Assembly (NCBI RefSeq): GCF_004010195.1
Contig: NC_057712.1
Coordinates: forward strand, 78,015,929-78,079,928
Reading direction: 5' to 3'
Source of the DNA: Chiloscyllium plagiosum
Lineage: Eukaryota
DNA: 64,000 nt
This document shows, piece by piece, positions 23,370 through 36,490 of the stretch. The notes under the pieces were generated by a model that was given only the letters and a program-made list of their open reading frames with translations, was not told the DNA's origin and did not search any database. Numbering within the stretch: position 1 is the stretch's first letter; each line of letters starts with the position of its first letter. The translations under genes and the position numbers were made by a program.

Positions 23370-24500
23370 ATCTCGATCATCAGTAAAGTATTGGGAGGAG
23401 TTATCGACAGAGTCGTTAAGTGACACTTGCAATGAGATAACCTGCTCGCTGACATTCAGTTTGGATTCCATGAGGGCCATTCATTCCTGACCTCATTACA
23501 GCCTTTCTTCAAACATGGAGATGAGAGCTGAACTCTGGACTTGAGGTGAGAATGATGGCACATTTAGCTGACTGTAGCATCAAGGAGTCAATGAGAATCA
23601 AGGGGAAAGACTCTACAGGTTGGAGTCATACTCAGCACAAAGGAATATAGCTGTGATTTTTGACAATCAATTATCTCAGGGGCATGACTTCACTACAGGA
23701 GTTCCTCAAGTACTGGTCTAAGCCCAACCATGTCTAGCTGCTGGACCTTTTCTTTATCTTAATGTTAGACATGAGGATGTTCTCTGGAAATTATACAATT
23801 TTCAGCATCATTCGTGACTTCTCAGATGCTGAAGAAATCTTCGTACAAATACAACATTGAAATTGAGCTGACAAGCGTCCAATAACCCTAACCCTAACCC
23901 TAACCTTAACCCTAGCCAGACAAAGACCAACTCTGATGAGAGATAGTCTAACCGTCCCCATATGAATGTCATTGGCATTACCATTACTGGATCCTCCATT
24001 ATCAGCATTCTGCTGGTTACCATTGACCAGAAGCTGAACATAAACAGTCACATAAATATTATACCTGTAATAACATGTCAAAGGCTAGAAATTCTACAGC
24101 AACTATCTCCCCACCTGACTCCACAAAGCCTGTTCACCATTTACAAGACAGCAGTCAAGAATATGATGGAATACTCTCTAATTGCCTGTCGGTATGTGAC
24201 TCCAACAAAAATAAATTTGCTATATGCCATCCAAGTCAAAGCAATTGGATTCATTGACTCTCCATCTAATACCATCAACATTCACTTCCTTTACCATTAA
24301 TGGAGAGTGGCAGAAGTGTGTACCATCTACAAGATGGTCTGTAATAATGCACAAAAGGTTCCTTCAAAGCACCTATCAAACCCACAACGTCGATCAATGA
24401 AAACAACAAGAACAGCAGATGCATGGGAATAACAAGATCAGAATGGTGTGTGACTTGCAAGTCACACACTATTTTGACTTGGAAGTATATCAAAATTCCT
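23370..24500 (+). mobile_element. Degenerate L2/CR1-group LINE RT and 3' region
   Basis: TIDQKLN...QRLEILQQLSPHLTPQSLFTIYKTAVKNMMEYS. Confidence 0.75.
23883..23914. repeat. Interstitial telomeric repeat, ~5 x (TAACCC)
   Basis: taaccctaaccctaaccctaaccttaacccta. Confidence 0.85.
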
Positions 24501-24577
24501 TCACTGAGCATTATATATTGATTTAGCCAGGGGCACCCACATTTCATGAATGATTTCAAAGCATACCATTCAATGCT

Positions 24578-24895
24578 GCTCAATGGTTACCACTGCTGCC
24601 TCACAGCACCAGGGAGCCGGTTCGATTCCAGCTCAGGCAACTGTCTGTGGAGGTTGCACATTCCCCCGTGTCTGCATGGGTTTCCTCCGGGTGCTCCAGT
24701 TTCCTCCCACAATCCAAAAGGTTAGGTGAAATAGCAATGCTAAATTGCCCATAGCTTTCAGGGATGTGTAAGTTAGATGCATTAGTTAGGGATAAATATC
24801 GGGTAGGGGAATGGGTCTGGTTGGGTTACGCCTCAGAGAGTTGGTGTGGAGTCATTGGGCTGAAGGGCCTGTTTCCATACTGTAGGAATTCTAAT
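24578..24895 (+). mobile_element. HE1/V-SINE-like tRNA-derived SINE
   Basis: A/B-box-like tggtta / ggttcgattcc head; central gtttcctccgggtgctccagtttcctcccaca. Confidence 0.85.
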
Positions 24896-24943
24896 TTTAC
24901 TTTTTAGGTTTGTGTTTCCTGAGACATAATCAACTTGTGTTTA

Positions 24944-25835
24944 GAGGAGAAGGAGAGTCGACATTTCGGGCAAGAGTCCTTCATCAAGAATGAGGCTTGT
25001 GAGCCGAGGGGCTGGAGTGATAAATGGGAGAGGGGTGAGGCTGGGGGGGAAGGTAGCTGAGAGTGCAATAGCTAGACCAATGGTGATAGGTCAGAGGGGA
25101 GGATGGAATGGATAGGTGGGAAGGAAGATGGACAGGTAGGACAGGTCAGGAAGACGGTGTCAATTGGAAGGTTGGAACTGGGATAAGGTGAGAAGAGGTA
25201 AAATGAGGAAACTGGTGAAATCCACATTTATGCCGTGTGGTTGGAGGGTCCCAAAGTGGAAGATGAAGTGTTTTTCTTCCAGGTGTCAGGTGGTGAGGTG
25301 TGGCGATGGAGGAGACCCAGGACCTGCATGTCCTTGGTGGAGTGGGAGGGGGAGTTGAAGTGTTCAGCCACGGGGCAGTGGGGTTGGTTGGTGTGGGTGT
25401 CCCAGAGATGTTCTCTGGATCGCTCTGCAAATAGGCATCCTGCCTCCCCAATGTAAAGGAGACCACATCGGGTGCAACAGATACAGTATGGAAGTGTGTG
25501 GAAGTGCAGGTAAAGCTCTGATGGATGTAGAAGGCATCCATCTACATGGGTCTGGACAGAGGTGAGGGGGGAGATGAATGCTATCTCTTATTCTCAATTT
25601 CTCCTCCGCCACTGCAGCTGCTCCCAGGAGGACCAATTTCACCACAGAACATACCAGATTGCCTCCCACGTGGTCGATGATGCCCTCCAGCGCATCTCAT
25701 CCACTTCCTGCACATCCGCCCTCAAACCTCACTCCTCCACCCACAACAAGGACAGACCCCCCCTTACCTTCACCCCACCAAAATCCTTATACGTTGCATC
25801 ATCCTCTGCCATTTCCGCCAGCTATAAATGGACCC
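24944..25835. mobile_element. PLE fragment: minus-strand GIY-YIG/pLTR (24944-25575) joined to inverted RT-thumb piece (25576-25835)
   Basis: HQSFTCTS on the minus strand; NAISYSQFLLR..CSQEDQFH on the plus strand; hammerhead-like core near 24958-24990. Confidence 0.85.
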
Positions 25836-26151
25836 CCTTTTGCTTTTGTATGCCAAACTGAGACAAGCCACCTCAGTGGGCTCTACAAAGGGGAAACCGA
25901 TAGGAATTTTGTCAGATAGGAAGAGGTGAAAGTCTCATTGCTGTTCTCGTTAATACAGCAATGCTGGCATTTGAATATGTCTCTACCTGTTGGTAGCAAC
26001 ATTGAGTGTTAAGTATCCTCTGGTAGATTTTAACCAACGGTTAATTCTCCCAAAATCTTCCTCTTTTAACTAAAGTCATGTTAATCATGGCATTACCATT
26101 TGTGAATTCATACGACGTTGAAAATGGCTGCTGCATTTGTATTTTCCTCAG

Positions 26152-26300
26152 ATAATGCCAGCAAGCTGAATTTATTGGCTATCTCTGATTGATTGAACAG
26201 ATGGCCAGAGGGAGAGCCTCTTCGAACCTCTGCAGTTTTTGTTTTCTTTCATGCACTTACAACTGCATTATACTGGAACTCCATGTCTGTTGCCTGCAAG
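26152..26300 (+). pseudogene. Dynein HC-like exon, AAA5-AAA6 junction
   Basis: Clean ttttcctcag| ... aag|gtaacc. NASKLNLLAISD*LNRWPEGEPLRTSAVFVFFHALTTALYWNSMSVACK has a single TGA and resembles W...PEEEPLP...FQRLLLIRALRPDRLTNAM. Phase matches both neighbouring exons. Confidence 0.65.
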
Positions 26301-28802
26301 GTAACCTGAAATATTTCTACAAAATGTGGCATGAGACCATTGTCAATCTTCATTTACCTTTTCCCAAATTCGTCATGTCATGAATGATAAGCCTCAGCAG
26401 GAAGACATGAGAGCTACAATCAGACTCAGTTTGTCCTACTTTCTCAATGATGAAATGATGATGAAAACATTTTTACCATTGTGCTAAAGGTTTCTCAAAA
26501 CTGGTGTAATACTTGTTAATAAGTATCTTTCAAATCACAAATTTAAAACAGTATCCTCACCATCCTCTCAATATAAAATGTGAAAAGCAGTTTTTTCTTA
26601 TTTCAGTAGTTATGACAAAAAGAGAAAATGAAAATAGTTGGAGAATTTGAAAGCTGAACACAGTTTGATAAATGATATTGACAGCAGTAGGTCATTACAA
26701 GTCATAAGTCTGTTGGTATTTCTGATAATTAACTTTTAGTAACTGGGTAACAAAAAGTAATTGTCAGTGTCAGAAAACATACAATAAGCTTCATCTAGGA
26801 AGAGAAGAAATTTAGAAAGAATTTTAACATTTCAAGGTAGGGCAATAGGATGCCTTTGAGACCTTGCATTTTCTAGTTGGAAAAGGTTAAAAGGGGTCTC
26901 AGAATACGATAATAACTTGAAGAAGATATTATTAGGTTCAGCATTTCAGGAATTGAAAGCTGTAATAAATGTTGTCCTTGAATGCAGGAGGTCATAATGT
27001 TGTAAATGTGCTGATATTGACGACAGCCAGCTCTAAGCATTTGCTGACAGTATTAACACAAGTTAATTGCCTTAATTAGAAAACCAAACTGTTACAATTG
27101 TGCAATGACAGCTGGAGTCACAGGCAAAGACATAAAAAGTTAATTCTCCAGTTTATCTGGAGATAGAACTACATTCATTAGGACCGACAGGCAATTGCCA
27201 ACTTATTTTATCCATCTACATCCTTCCAGCAGGCTGCGATTTTGAGGCAATTCAGTTAGAATCTATCCATTCCTACCATCCTTCTTTAAACATGTAGTTC
27301 AACCTCCAATGACACCTTTGTGGACTGACCACAATTCTATTCTGAGGCTATCATGGCTCTCCTTCCAGGCAGCAAATAGTGGAAGAGGCCCCAAAAATCT
27401 AGTGCTCAAATTATTTTTGTTTCTCTGTGGGCTGAGTAGAGCAGGCCTGCTCCTACATTCCTAATAAAAAATCTTGGGTCAACTTTTCTTCACCCCTCTC
27501 CGACTCTTAATAATCTCCGACTTGTCCAACGTCACTCTATCTACCACATACATGATTACTGGTGACAATTCCTTCAAGTCCCTGGTTGTGTTCTTCTGCT
27601 GATTCATCCTTCACTTCTACCCTCCAGCCAGCTTGTGCTTCACCATGGCAGGATGGGTGGCTGCAAGTGACAACAGGAACAGAACTCACAGTGAGCTTCC
27701 CACATATATCCTACTGATACCATTGTGTCAATTCACCCGCGATTATGGATGATTGAAGTCAGGGTGCTGCTGCCAGTACGCATACTTCACTCATGGTGCT
27801 GCATTCATCCTCCTAACCTGTCAACCTCTTTCTCCATCTGTACTTGGCTTTGGGAAAATTCACTAAAGCTCTAATGGGAGCCTTTCCATGCACTTACCTA
27901 CTCTTTGTTTCTGTGCAAAGTCACTCATTTGACTCACATTGCCTACCACTAGAGCTAGTTTTCAAATGCATTCATATATAAAAATCAAGGCATTTACATT
28001 TCTTATTATAAATATCCACCAAATTTCAAATGGGACAGAACTCTAAGACACTCACCTGACTTCTCTTAAATTGTTTATTCTCTGCTCACAGGCTAAGGTA
28101 TAAAAACAACACCATAAAAGATAAACCAGAAAATGACCACCAGTACTAAAAGCTCAGAGTCCCTGGGAAGAGGAGATATTAGATTCAGTAGATAATTGGA
28201 TACCAAAGCTTGTAGGAAAGGGGGACTTTGGAGGTTAACTGACTGACGAAGGTTGCTACAGGCTAGGCAAGATTCATTATATGCTATTTCGATTCATTAT
28301 GCTTTCTGAAATCACTGCAATGCTCTTAGACTTTACTGCCATTTCTTAAATTCAAATATCAATGTGACAGAAAACTGAGTTTTCCTATCCTGTACAACAC
28401 AATCTGATTATTGTCCAGAGGTGTTTACAGCAGCAACCACAATCAGCTCCATGTCATCATATGACATTGATAAGCATAAGCATATGTTACAATTGCAAAG
28501 AAGTAATTAAACAAATAGAAATATTGTACTGAATTTGACCCTTATAGCAAGGTGAATCATTAAGCACTATTGAGAAGGAGGAACTGAGGGCAAGTTGATG
28601 AGTTGGAGAGTGCCATTTCCCCACAAAAAGGGGAGAAATTACTATGTCAAGTAAAGATCCTAGAAACCCAGAACTCAGTGACACAGTCTTCAGAAAAACA
28701 ACAGATGATTCCGGGTCTCCAATCCAACATGTTTCTACAGTTAATGATTAAATGATAAATAAGTGGAAGCAGTCAAATGCCTACTTTTATAACACATTGC
28801 AG

Positions 28803-28933
28803 CTGCTTTTTGATATCCAACAGAATGCACTCGTGTTTGTCACAGCTGAGGGCACTACAGTTACATCAGGATGTCAAGAAAAACTCCAAATGACATTGAT
28901 GGCTCCCAGTGTGACAGTTACCAATGCTTCAAT
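28803..28933 (+). pseudogene. Dynein HC-like exon, start of AAA6
   Basis: Acceptor cattgcag| and donor aat|gtaagg. Open phase-0 frame LLFDIQQNALVFVTAEGTTVTSGCQEKLQMTLMAPSV; QMTLMAPSV resembles PLIFILSPGV. Confidence 0.5.
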
Positions 28934-29419
28934 GTAAGGAATGAATGTAGATGTCATTGTCTTTCTGGGATCGCTGGTTTCCTTAAGAAGCCTGCAATGT
29001 TTTCACATGTGACAGCCATCTGTTGTGCTTTCTCTGCTCTGACACTTGACTCCTACCTATTTCTACTTTTTAAACCTTCTTTACATGTCAAGGAAAGCTA
29101 CGTAGGACTATTGTTGGTCTATGGACTGTGCAAAGTAGCTATCTATCTAAACACTCAATCCAAGAGCCTCCAATTTAACCTTATCCATGTGTTAATGCTC
29201 CTCCTCATCTTCAGAGAATCAGAAAAGGGGTTGATATTGTGAAATCCAGATTTAAAGGACAACACCGAGCATTTTATAACAGCTTCGGCACAGTGATCTT
29301 TAAGATTGAATTTCTGGTCTGCTCTTTTCTCAAAATGGAGAAGAATCAACAGCAAAATACAAACAAGGAATTAAGACCATGTGTTGTAGTTCAGCTGACA
29401 AAGGGTTGGAAGGCAGAGC

Positions 29420-29700
29420 AAAAGTAAGGGGGAAATGGAAGTGTGCCATTTGGAAAGAAGCAGATAAGAGTAGGAGAAGAGATGGAGACGCAGCAACGAC
29501 AAGGGGACTGTGAGGAAGGGAGGGAGGGGAGAGTGCAAAGGTGGAGGACGTCAGAAGAGGAATGGTAAATACACAAGATGATTCACTGACAATGAGAGGC
29601 AGAGACAAAGAAAATCAGGAGGAGGAATTGTGCAGAATGAATAAAGTAAAAGGGAAGAGACAGGAGGGTAAGGAGAAGCTAGGGAGAGGAGAGATGCTAA
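29420..29700. repeat. Purine (GA)-rich low-complexity tract
   Basis: Base composition. Confidence 0.6.
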
Positions 29701-30742
29701 ATGTCGGTTAGCCATATATTTTCTCTGATCCCATGGCTATCCAGTTAATCAAACTGCCAAAACAATATGGAAAGGAAATTCAGAGGGTGAATTGGTTAGG
29801 AATTCTTTCCATATATCTGTACTTGAGGGTGGAGGGAGGGGATGCAAAGTAGTAGGAAGGTTCAGTCCAAAATCACTGCTCAGTCTGGGTAATCCATTGG
29901 GTGTTGAGGGTTAATGCCAAATAGGGGAGGGAGGGTATATGCTCTGTAAGCTCAACGGAAGTGGGGAGGAGAGTGTGAAGGGGTTCCGCCGAGGGCTGTG
30001 TTCCATTCCCACTATTTGTGGTCAATATGTGATTATGTGCTCTATCCTAGAATTTCTGCTAAAGGCTGGGATGGGTTGGGTGGGTGGGTGGCAGTGATGG
30101 TTGCTTCATATCAAAGTCTGATCTCAGAATGTCTGGGTATCAATGAGAGTTAAATGGGAAAACAATTTTGGTTTGGGTGAGTTGGGGAATGAGTGCGGGA
30201 GAGGTGATTTGGGCTCAAGACCTTAATATTTTGGTTCAGTTGGTGGATAGAAAGTTAAAAGTTCATTCAAAATCGGACCTTAGAATTTTTCTCATCTTTG
30301 GGATGGACCCTTGATATCCACATCTCATGAATAAATTATAAAACATGGGTTAACATTGCAAAGAGTTGTTGGAGCACCATCTAGTGATAGAAAGTGGGAA
30401 ACATCCAGCGATATCACAAATAACAACAAGCTATATTTAAACAGCACCTTAACACAATTGAAAATTTTGTGTGAGCATTATAATAGAAACTATGCCTCTG
30501 AGTCACATTAGAGACATTAGATCACACAGCCAAAAGCATGGTCACAAAAGTAGGTATTAAGGAGTTTCTTAAAAATAAAAGTAATGAGTTTAGGGCCAAA
30601 GCAACAGAAGAAGCAGCCATTAATAATGGAACACTTTAAAATCAAGGGATTGTTTTACATGAAGTCAATATAGGTGAACAAGCTCATGGATGATAAGGAA
30701 ATAGACTTGCTGTGAGTTAAGCCAGGGACAAAATAGTCTTTT

Positions 30743-31040
30743 TTTAGATTACTTGCAGTGTGGAAACAGGCCCTTCGGCCCAACAAGTCCACACCAACCT
30801 GCCGAAGAGCAGCCCACCCAGACCCATTCCCTACACTTAACACTATGGGCAATTTAGCATGGCCAATTCACCTGACTTGCACATCTTTGGACTGTGGGAG
30901 GAAACCGGAGCACCCGGAGGAAACCCACGCAGACACGGGAAGAATGTGCAAACTCCACACAGACAGTTGCCTGAGGCAGGAATTTAACCCGGGTCTCTGG
31001 CATTGTGAGGCAGCAGTGCTAACCACTGTGCCACCATGCC
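30743..31040 (-). mobile_element. HE1/V-SINE-like SINE
   Basis: Reverse complement of the same family. Confidence 0.9.
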
Positions 31041-31899
31041 ACCTGCTTTAGATAACCTTGAAGGGTACTGTGGAGGAGACATAGATCTGTGGGGGACATT
31101 AGGAATAACCATGTGAGAGCAGGAAGAACAGTCATCAAAAATTATTCGCTGACTAGTATTTAGAGTCGAACTAGATGGAAGAATGGTGTGGTTAACTATG
31201 TAAAAAGCTGTAGATATCTCAAGATGGACTGGGAAGAAAGACTTACTTGTGTCACATTCACATACGATAGAGTAATGGCTTTATTAAGAGCTACTCCAAC
31301 ACTGTGCCAGGGTGGTAATCTGATCAAAGGGATTCAACAAGAAGCTCTGGGAAAGATGGAATCAAATTTGGAAGCAACAAAATGCAGTCATGTTTCCTTC
31401 ATTCTAAGATAATTTTCTCTGAAACATTTATTTCATCCAAGTTGTCGGGTCACGTGGATTCCACAGTGGATGGGAACTGGCTGAGAAGACTATTGGAAGT
31501 ATAAACATTGGGACAAGTTTGAGATTAGAGTAGCTAAAGTAAGAATTAAGATTCTTACTTTGACAATTCTGGTGAGATTATTAAACCATTGAGGTTATTA
31601 CGGTCAGATATTCTGGGTGCACCTCCTCAAACCTGGCCTCCTCATCCACCAATTTAAATGGCATTTTTCCCAAGGTGAGAACAGGATCCCTCATTCAATC
31701 TACTGCCTGGACCAGTGCCTCTAAAGTAGTGCCTGAGAACCCAGGGGATAAATCTACAGTTATGTCAATCATATCCAGCTTCCTAAGAACTTTCCCTTGG
31801 CAGCAATTACAATGTGTTTAAAGAGACTTGGCTGCTTTTAAGGGACATCAGAGATGTTCGAGTTCCCACCTTCCCAAAAAGATAGCACCAGGCGCACAT

Positions 31900-32550
31900 T
31901 CCTGGTTATAAGACCAGAAACCCATAAAATCCTTACAGGACTAGACAGGATAAACATGGGAAATATGTTCCCGATAATTGGGGAGACCTGAGCCAGGGTT
32001 CACCATTTACTAGGGCAGCTCAGTGGTTAGCACTGCTGCCTCACAGCACCAGGGTCCCAGGTTCAATTCCAGTCTTGGTGGACTGTCTGTGTGGAGTTTG
32101 CACATTCTCCCCGTGTGTCGGTGTGGGTGCTCCGGTTTCCTCCCACAGTCCAAAGATGTGCAAGTCAGGTGAATTGGCCATGCTAAATTGCCCATAGTGT
32201 TAGGTGCATTAGTCAGAGGGGAAATGGGTCTGGGTGGGTTACTCTTCGGAGGGTCGGTGTGGACTGGTTGGGCCAAAGGGCCTATTTCCACACTGTCGGG
32301 AATCTAATCGAATCTAAGTACACAGGATAGGCAACCAGGACTGAGCTGTGGAGCAATTTCTCAACCCAGAGAGTGTCGAGCCTTTGGAATTCTCTGCCCT
32401 AGAAAGTGGTGGAGGCGAAAGGTTCAAGAAAGGGTTAGTTATAGTTCTTAAGGCTGAAAGGATCCAAGAATATGGCAAGAAAGCAGGAACAGGATGCTGA
32501 GTTGAATGATCAGCCATTATCATATTGAATGATAGAGCAGGATCGCAAAT
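31900..32550 (+). mobile_element. CR1 3' fragment interrupted by an HE1-like SINE (32013-32315)
   Basis: CR1-like sequence on both sides of a complete SINE ending in aatct repeats. Confidence 0.75.
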
Positions 32551-33259
32551 AGTGTAAATAGTTATGAACATGCAATAATCTATAGACAGAAGTTTTCCAG
32601 CTCTGAATGACATGAGAATTGATGAGTCAGTTGGGAAAACATGGTGAGAGCAACAAAAACCTGCCTGAGTATCCGTCTCTACTGTCTACTGCTTTGATAT
32701 GTTCATGGCCACCTGGGCTAGGCCAAGTACAGAGTAATAATGAGCTCCTCCTCCCCTAGACCTATTTCCAAACTGATATTTGTGCCATCATTTAGGCCCT
32801 CGATGTTGAAAAAAAATGTCTGATTCTGCAACCAAATTGTGAATGGTGAGATGAGAATGTCACAAGTGAGCAGCAAGGACTATTTGTATCCATTAGCCTG
32901 ATTGAACATGCTCGTAGTAACTGACCATGCCTCATTGATATATTTTATTTATTCTCCCACACTTGTGCTTAGCTAAAATGATGACAATTTCCAACATGAA
33001 TGTCAGTGCGGGGACCTGGAAATTCGAGTTTGCCGCTTGTTCCTCCAGTCTCCATCATAGCTCAGGACACACACGGCAAAATCCAACACCCCAGCGGCCA
33101 CTCCCTGCCCTGGCCTGGGCACAGAGATTGGTATTGTACAAGTCTGCACACCCACACAGTTTGGAGCACATTGGCATCTTTCACAACAATGCTGCTACCA
33201 GCATTCCTTGCAGGAATTGGCCATCTTACACAAAAACCTACCCATTGTCAATTGACATT

Positions 33260-33815
33260 AAATAGCATTACCATTGCAGGTTCTTGATAAAGAACTGAAC
33301 TGGATTCGCCACATAAATATAGTGACTACATGACCAGGTGAGAGGTTAGGAATCCTGCATTGAGTAACATACCTCCTGATTCCTCAAACCACATCCACCA
33401 TCAATAAAGTGGGCGTCAGGAGTGTGATGGAATATTTTCCACTCAGATGAATGAGTGCAACTCCTACAACATTCAAGAAGTTTGACATCATCCAGGACAA
33501 AGCGGCCCATTTGATTGGTATCACATCCACAAACACCCAATCCCTCCACTACCAATGCTCAGTACTAACTATCTGCACCATCTACAAGTTGCAATACAAA
33601 AATTCATAAATGCTCCTCAAAAGCACCTTCCAATCCCTTAACCAAACTATCTAGAAGAAAATAGGGAGCAGACCTAGGAACATCACCACCTACAAGCTCA
33701 TCTCCAAGCTTCCCACTATCCTGTCTTGGAAATATATCACCCTTTCCTTCAGTGTTGATGGGATGGGCAATAAACCCTGCACAGCCAGTGATGCCCACAT
33801 CTTTGAATGAATAAT
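33260..33815 (+). mobile_element. L2/CR1-group LINE 3' end
   Basis: Homologous to 24020-24500; ends gggatgggcaataaa...cccacatctttgaatgaataa. Confidence 0.75.
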
Positions 33816-34044
33816 GAAATACAGACATCCATCTCAAGGATTGGACCAGGGTGCATCTCAGGGTTCATCGTTTGCTCTATTAGGCCTCATTCACTTTGAA
33901 ACTGTTTGGATGCTCATAGCATCTCTATGTTACCTTGTCTTTTCATTTTGCTACCTCACTCAGAATCAAAAGCCTCAAAGAACTTCTGTCTTGCCTTGTC
34001 TTTATGCACAGACACAAAGCCAACAGCTTAAATTGACTGAGACA

Positions 34045-34820
34045 TTAGAGTCATACTTCAGTCCAACTCGTCCATGCCAACCAGATATCCTAACCTAATC
34101 TAGTTCCATTACAACAGGATCTGGACAAGATGGGTCAATGGGCTGAGAAGTGGCAGATGGAGTTTAATTCAGATAAATGTGAGGTGTTGCACTTTGGGAA
34201 AGCAAATCTTAGCAGGACTTATACACTTAATGGTAAGGTCCTAGGGAGTGTTGCTGAACAAAGAGACCTTGGAGTGCAGGTTCATAGCTCCTTGAAAGTG
34301 GAGTCACAGGTAGATGGGATAGTGAAGAAGGCTTTTGGTATGCTTTCCTTTATTGGTCAGAGTATTGAGTACAGGAGTTGGGAGGTCATGTTGCGGCTGT
34401 ACAGGACATTGNNNNNNNNNNNNNNNNNNNNNNNNNNNNNNNNNNNNNNNNNNNNNNNNNNNNNNNNNNNNNNNNNNNNNNNNNNNNNNNNNNNNNNNNN
34501 NNNNNNNNNNNNNNNNNNNNNNNNNNNNNNNNNNNNNNNNNNNNNNNNNNNNNNNNNNNNNNNNNNNNAACATTTAAGAGGCATTTGGATGGGTATATGA
34601 ATAGGAAGGGTTTGGAGGGATATGGACCGGGTGCTGGCAGGTGGGACTAGATTGGGTTGGGATATCTGGTTGGCATGGACGGGATGGACCAAAGGGTTTG
34701 TTTCCATGCTGTACATCTCTATGACTCTATGACTCTATTTGCCAGCACTTGGCCCACATCCGTCTCAACCCTTCCTGTTCATATACCCATCCAGATACCT
34801 TTTACATGCTGTAATTGTAT
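34045..34820. mobile_element. Plus-strand CR1 (34111-34736) inserted into a minus-strand CR1 3' end
   Basis: ORF 34130 WAEKWQMEFNSDKCEVLHFG with a gactctat-repeat tail; flanks 34045-34110 and 34737-34820 join into one antisense CR1 3' UTR. Confidence 0.85.
34412..34568. other. Assembly gap (N run)
   Basis: Run of N. Confidence 1.
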
Positions 34821-35769
34821 GTGGCTGCGTTTGAGCGATATCAGGGATGTCCAATTTCCTGTCTTCCCAAGAAGATAGCACCAGGTGCTCATGCATAGTT
34901 TTAATAAAACCCGAAACCAGTAATCAGTCAAATGGGTGTACATGCTGCTGTGAGGTGTGGTGCTACATCAATGTTACCTCTGCATCATGTGTTAGCAGTT
35001 TACCTGGCAAACACACTGAATGCATTTCAAAGAAATGGCCATCTTTCAAAGTCAAAGGGGTGCAATCTGCTGAAGGCAGAGACCTGTCAGTCAGGGGGTC
35101 CAAGCACAGTAAGTCAAGGACATTGGTCACTATCAATCAAAGGCCTGGACACAGCAAATCAGCCACTTGGAGCAAACTGTAGAGCCGTATCGTTACAGTC
35201 CAGGAAGTGGACCGTGTCAGTCTTGCATGACTAGTGCATTAATTCTGGGGAGTTGTATTAAGCCACTTGGGGATGTGCACAATCAGTAAACGATCTTGTC
35301 AGTCATTATTTAGGATTATCTATCTCAGTCGGACCATGGTAGTCATGGGGTCAGCTAAATGAAATTCAAGGGGTTATCAGGAACCACTGCGATGGTATGA
35401 AAGTTGGGAAAATCAATTCTGGGAATTGAAGGCAGCATACAGGGATGTAAAGGGAGACAACATTTGTGACCAGAGAAAGCTTAACATATAATGAATGGGA
35501 GATTATAGTCGATGGGAGGCATTGACTACTATGAAAGAGAGTCATCAATGGTTTCTGTGTCTTCCTGTATGAAAGAGTGTGCTAAACTGTCATTTGTGAG
35601 ATATCTGAAATAATACATAAGAATAATATATGTTACTTATAATACATGTTATTTACATAATTATGGCATTTTTCAACCTTGAAACGTAACAACTCAAATA
35701 TAAAATTCATGGCCATTATTCAAGATGATAAACTTGACAGTGAACTAATGATTTTTTTCTTGCTTACAG

Positions 35770-36490
35770 AAATGCTTATATTTTGACTTGAGAAGCAATT
35801 CTACAGTAACAAAAAAGAGAAGGTAGTCAACTTAGGAGTTTTGCCAAGATTTTTAGATTTCAGAATAAAAAAATCGCTCTTCAAAAATGTACTATTAAAA
35901 TTGCTTGACTGAATTCAGTTCAGAGAGGGAGTGCATCAACATATGAATCCACCAGAAAGGGCAGCATAATTAAGTCTGTCAGCTTTCAGGAAGTCTTTGG
36001 CTCAGGTGGCTTAATAAAAAAAAATTTCTGTCCTATTTTGAACCTTTGCTCTAACCACTTATAATGAGCTATTAGATAAAGGGTTCTTTCCAGAATCAGT
36101 GTCTTGTTATTAATTTAGCGTAAGTTGCCAATATATTCTTCCCATACAGAAAGCAAGGATTAATTTTGCTTATTGTTATATATTACAATGAAGTATAGAT
36201 AAAAAAAAATTGCCTTTGCGTTCAAAAATAGTGAAAGCATATTTTGAGAGAAAAGTTTGAATAGATTTTACTAAAAATTGTTGTGTGGCAATTTATTAAC
36301 GTGCCAACAGAATGCAATGAATTCATCAACCTTGCAGATGTTTTCTCCTTGGAGACTGAAAAAAAATTCAACAGGGCTGAATGAATATGTTTGCTGTTTA
36401 TTTTCATGGAGAATGTATTTCAATCTTTGTACAATTCAAGAACTTACACTGCCCATTTGATGGGCAGATTCTTCCCAAGCCTTGAGTGAA
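35770..36490 (+). pseudogene. Probable dynein HC-like exon(s), AAA6 large subdomain
   Basis: Acceptor tttttcttgcttacag| at 35769. IVVWQFINVPTECNEFINLADVFSLETEKKFNRAE*ICLLFIFMENVFQSLYNS loosely matches WVLLQNCHL...FRLWLT...FP.SILQN. Confidence 0.35.

Noticed and set aside
24578-24650. tRNA genes at SINE heads
   Set aside because: A/B-box-like motifs run directly into SINE bodies; no complete cloverleaf.
26152-26300. In-frame TGA read as selenocysteine or readthrough
   Set aside because: Other exons carry TAA/TAG stops and frameshifts, and no SECIS was seen; ordinary decay is the simpler explanation.
30758-31051. Recurring ORFs 'GNLAWPIHLTCTSLDCGRKPEHPEETHADTGRMCKLHTDS' (also near 32010, 43708, 58957, 60684)
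   Set aside because: Translations of SINE copies, not a protein family.
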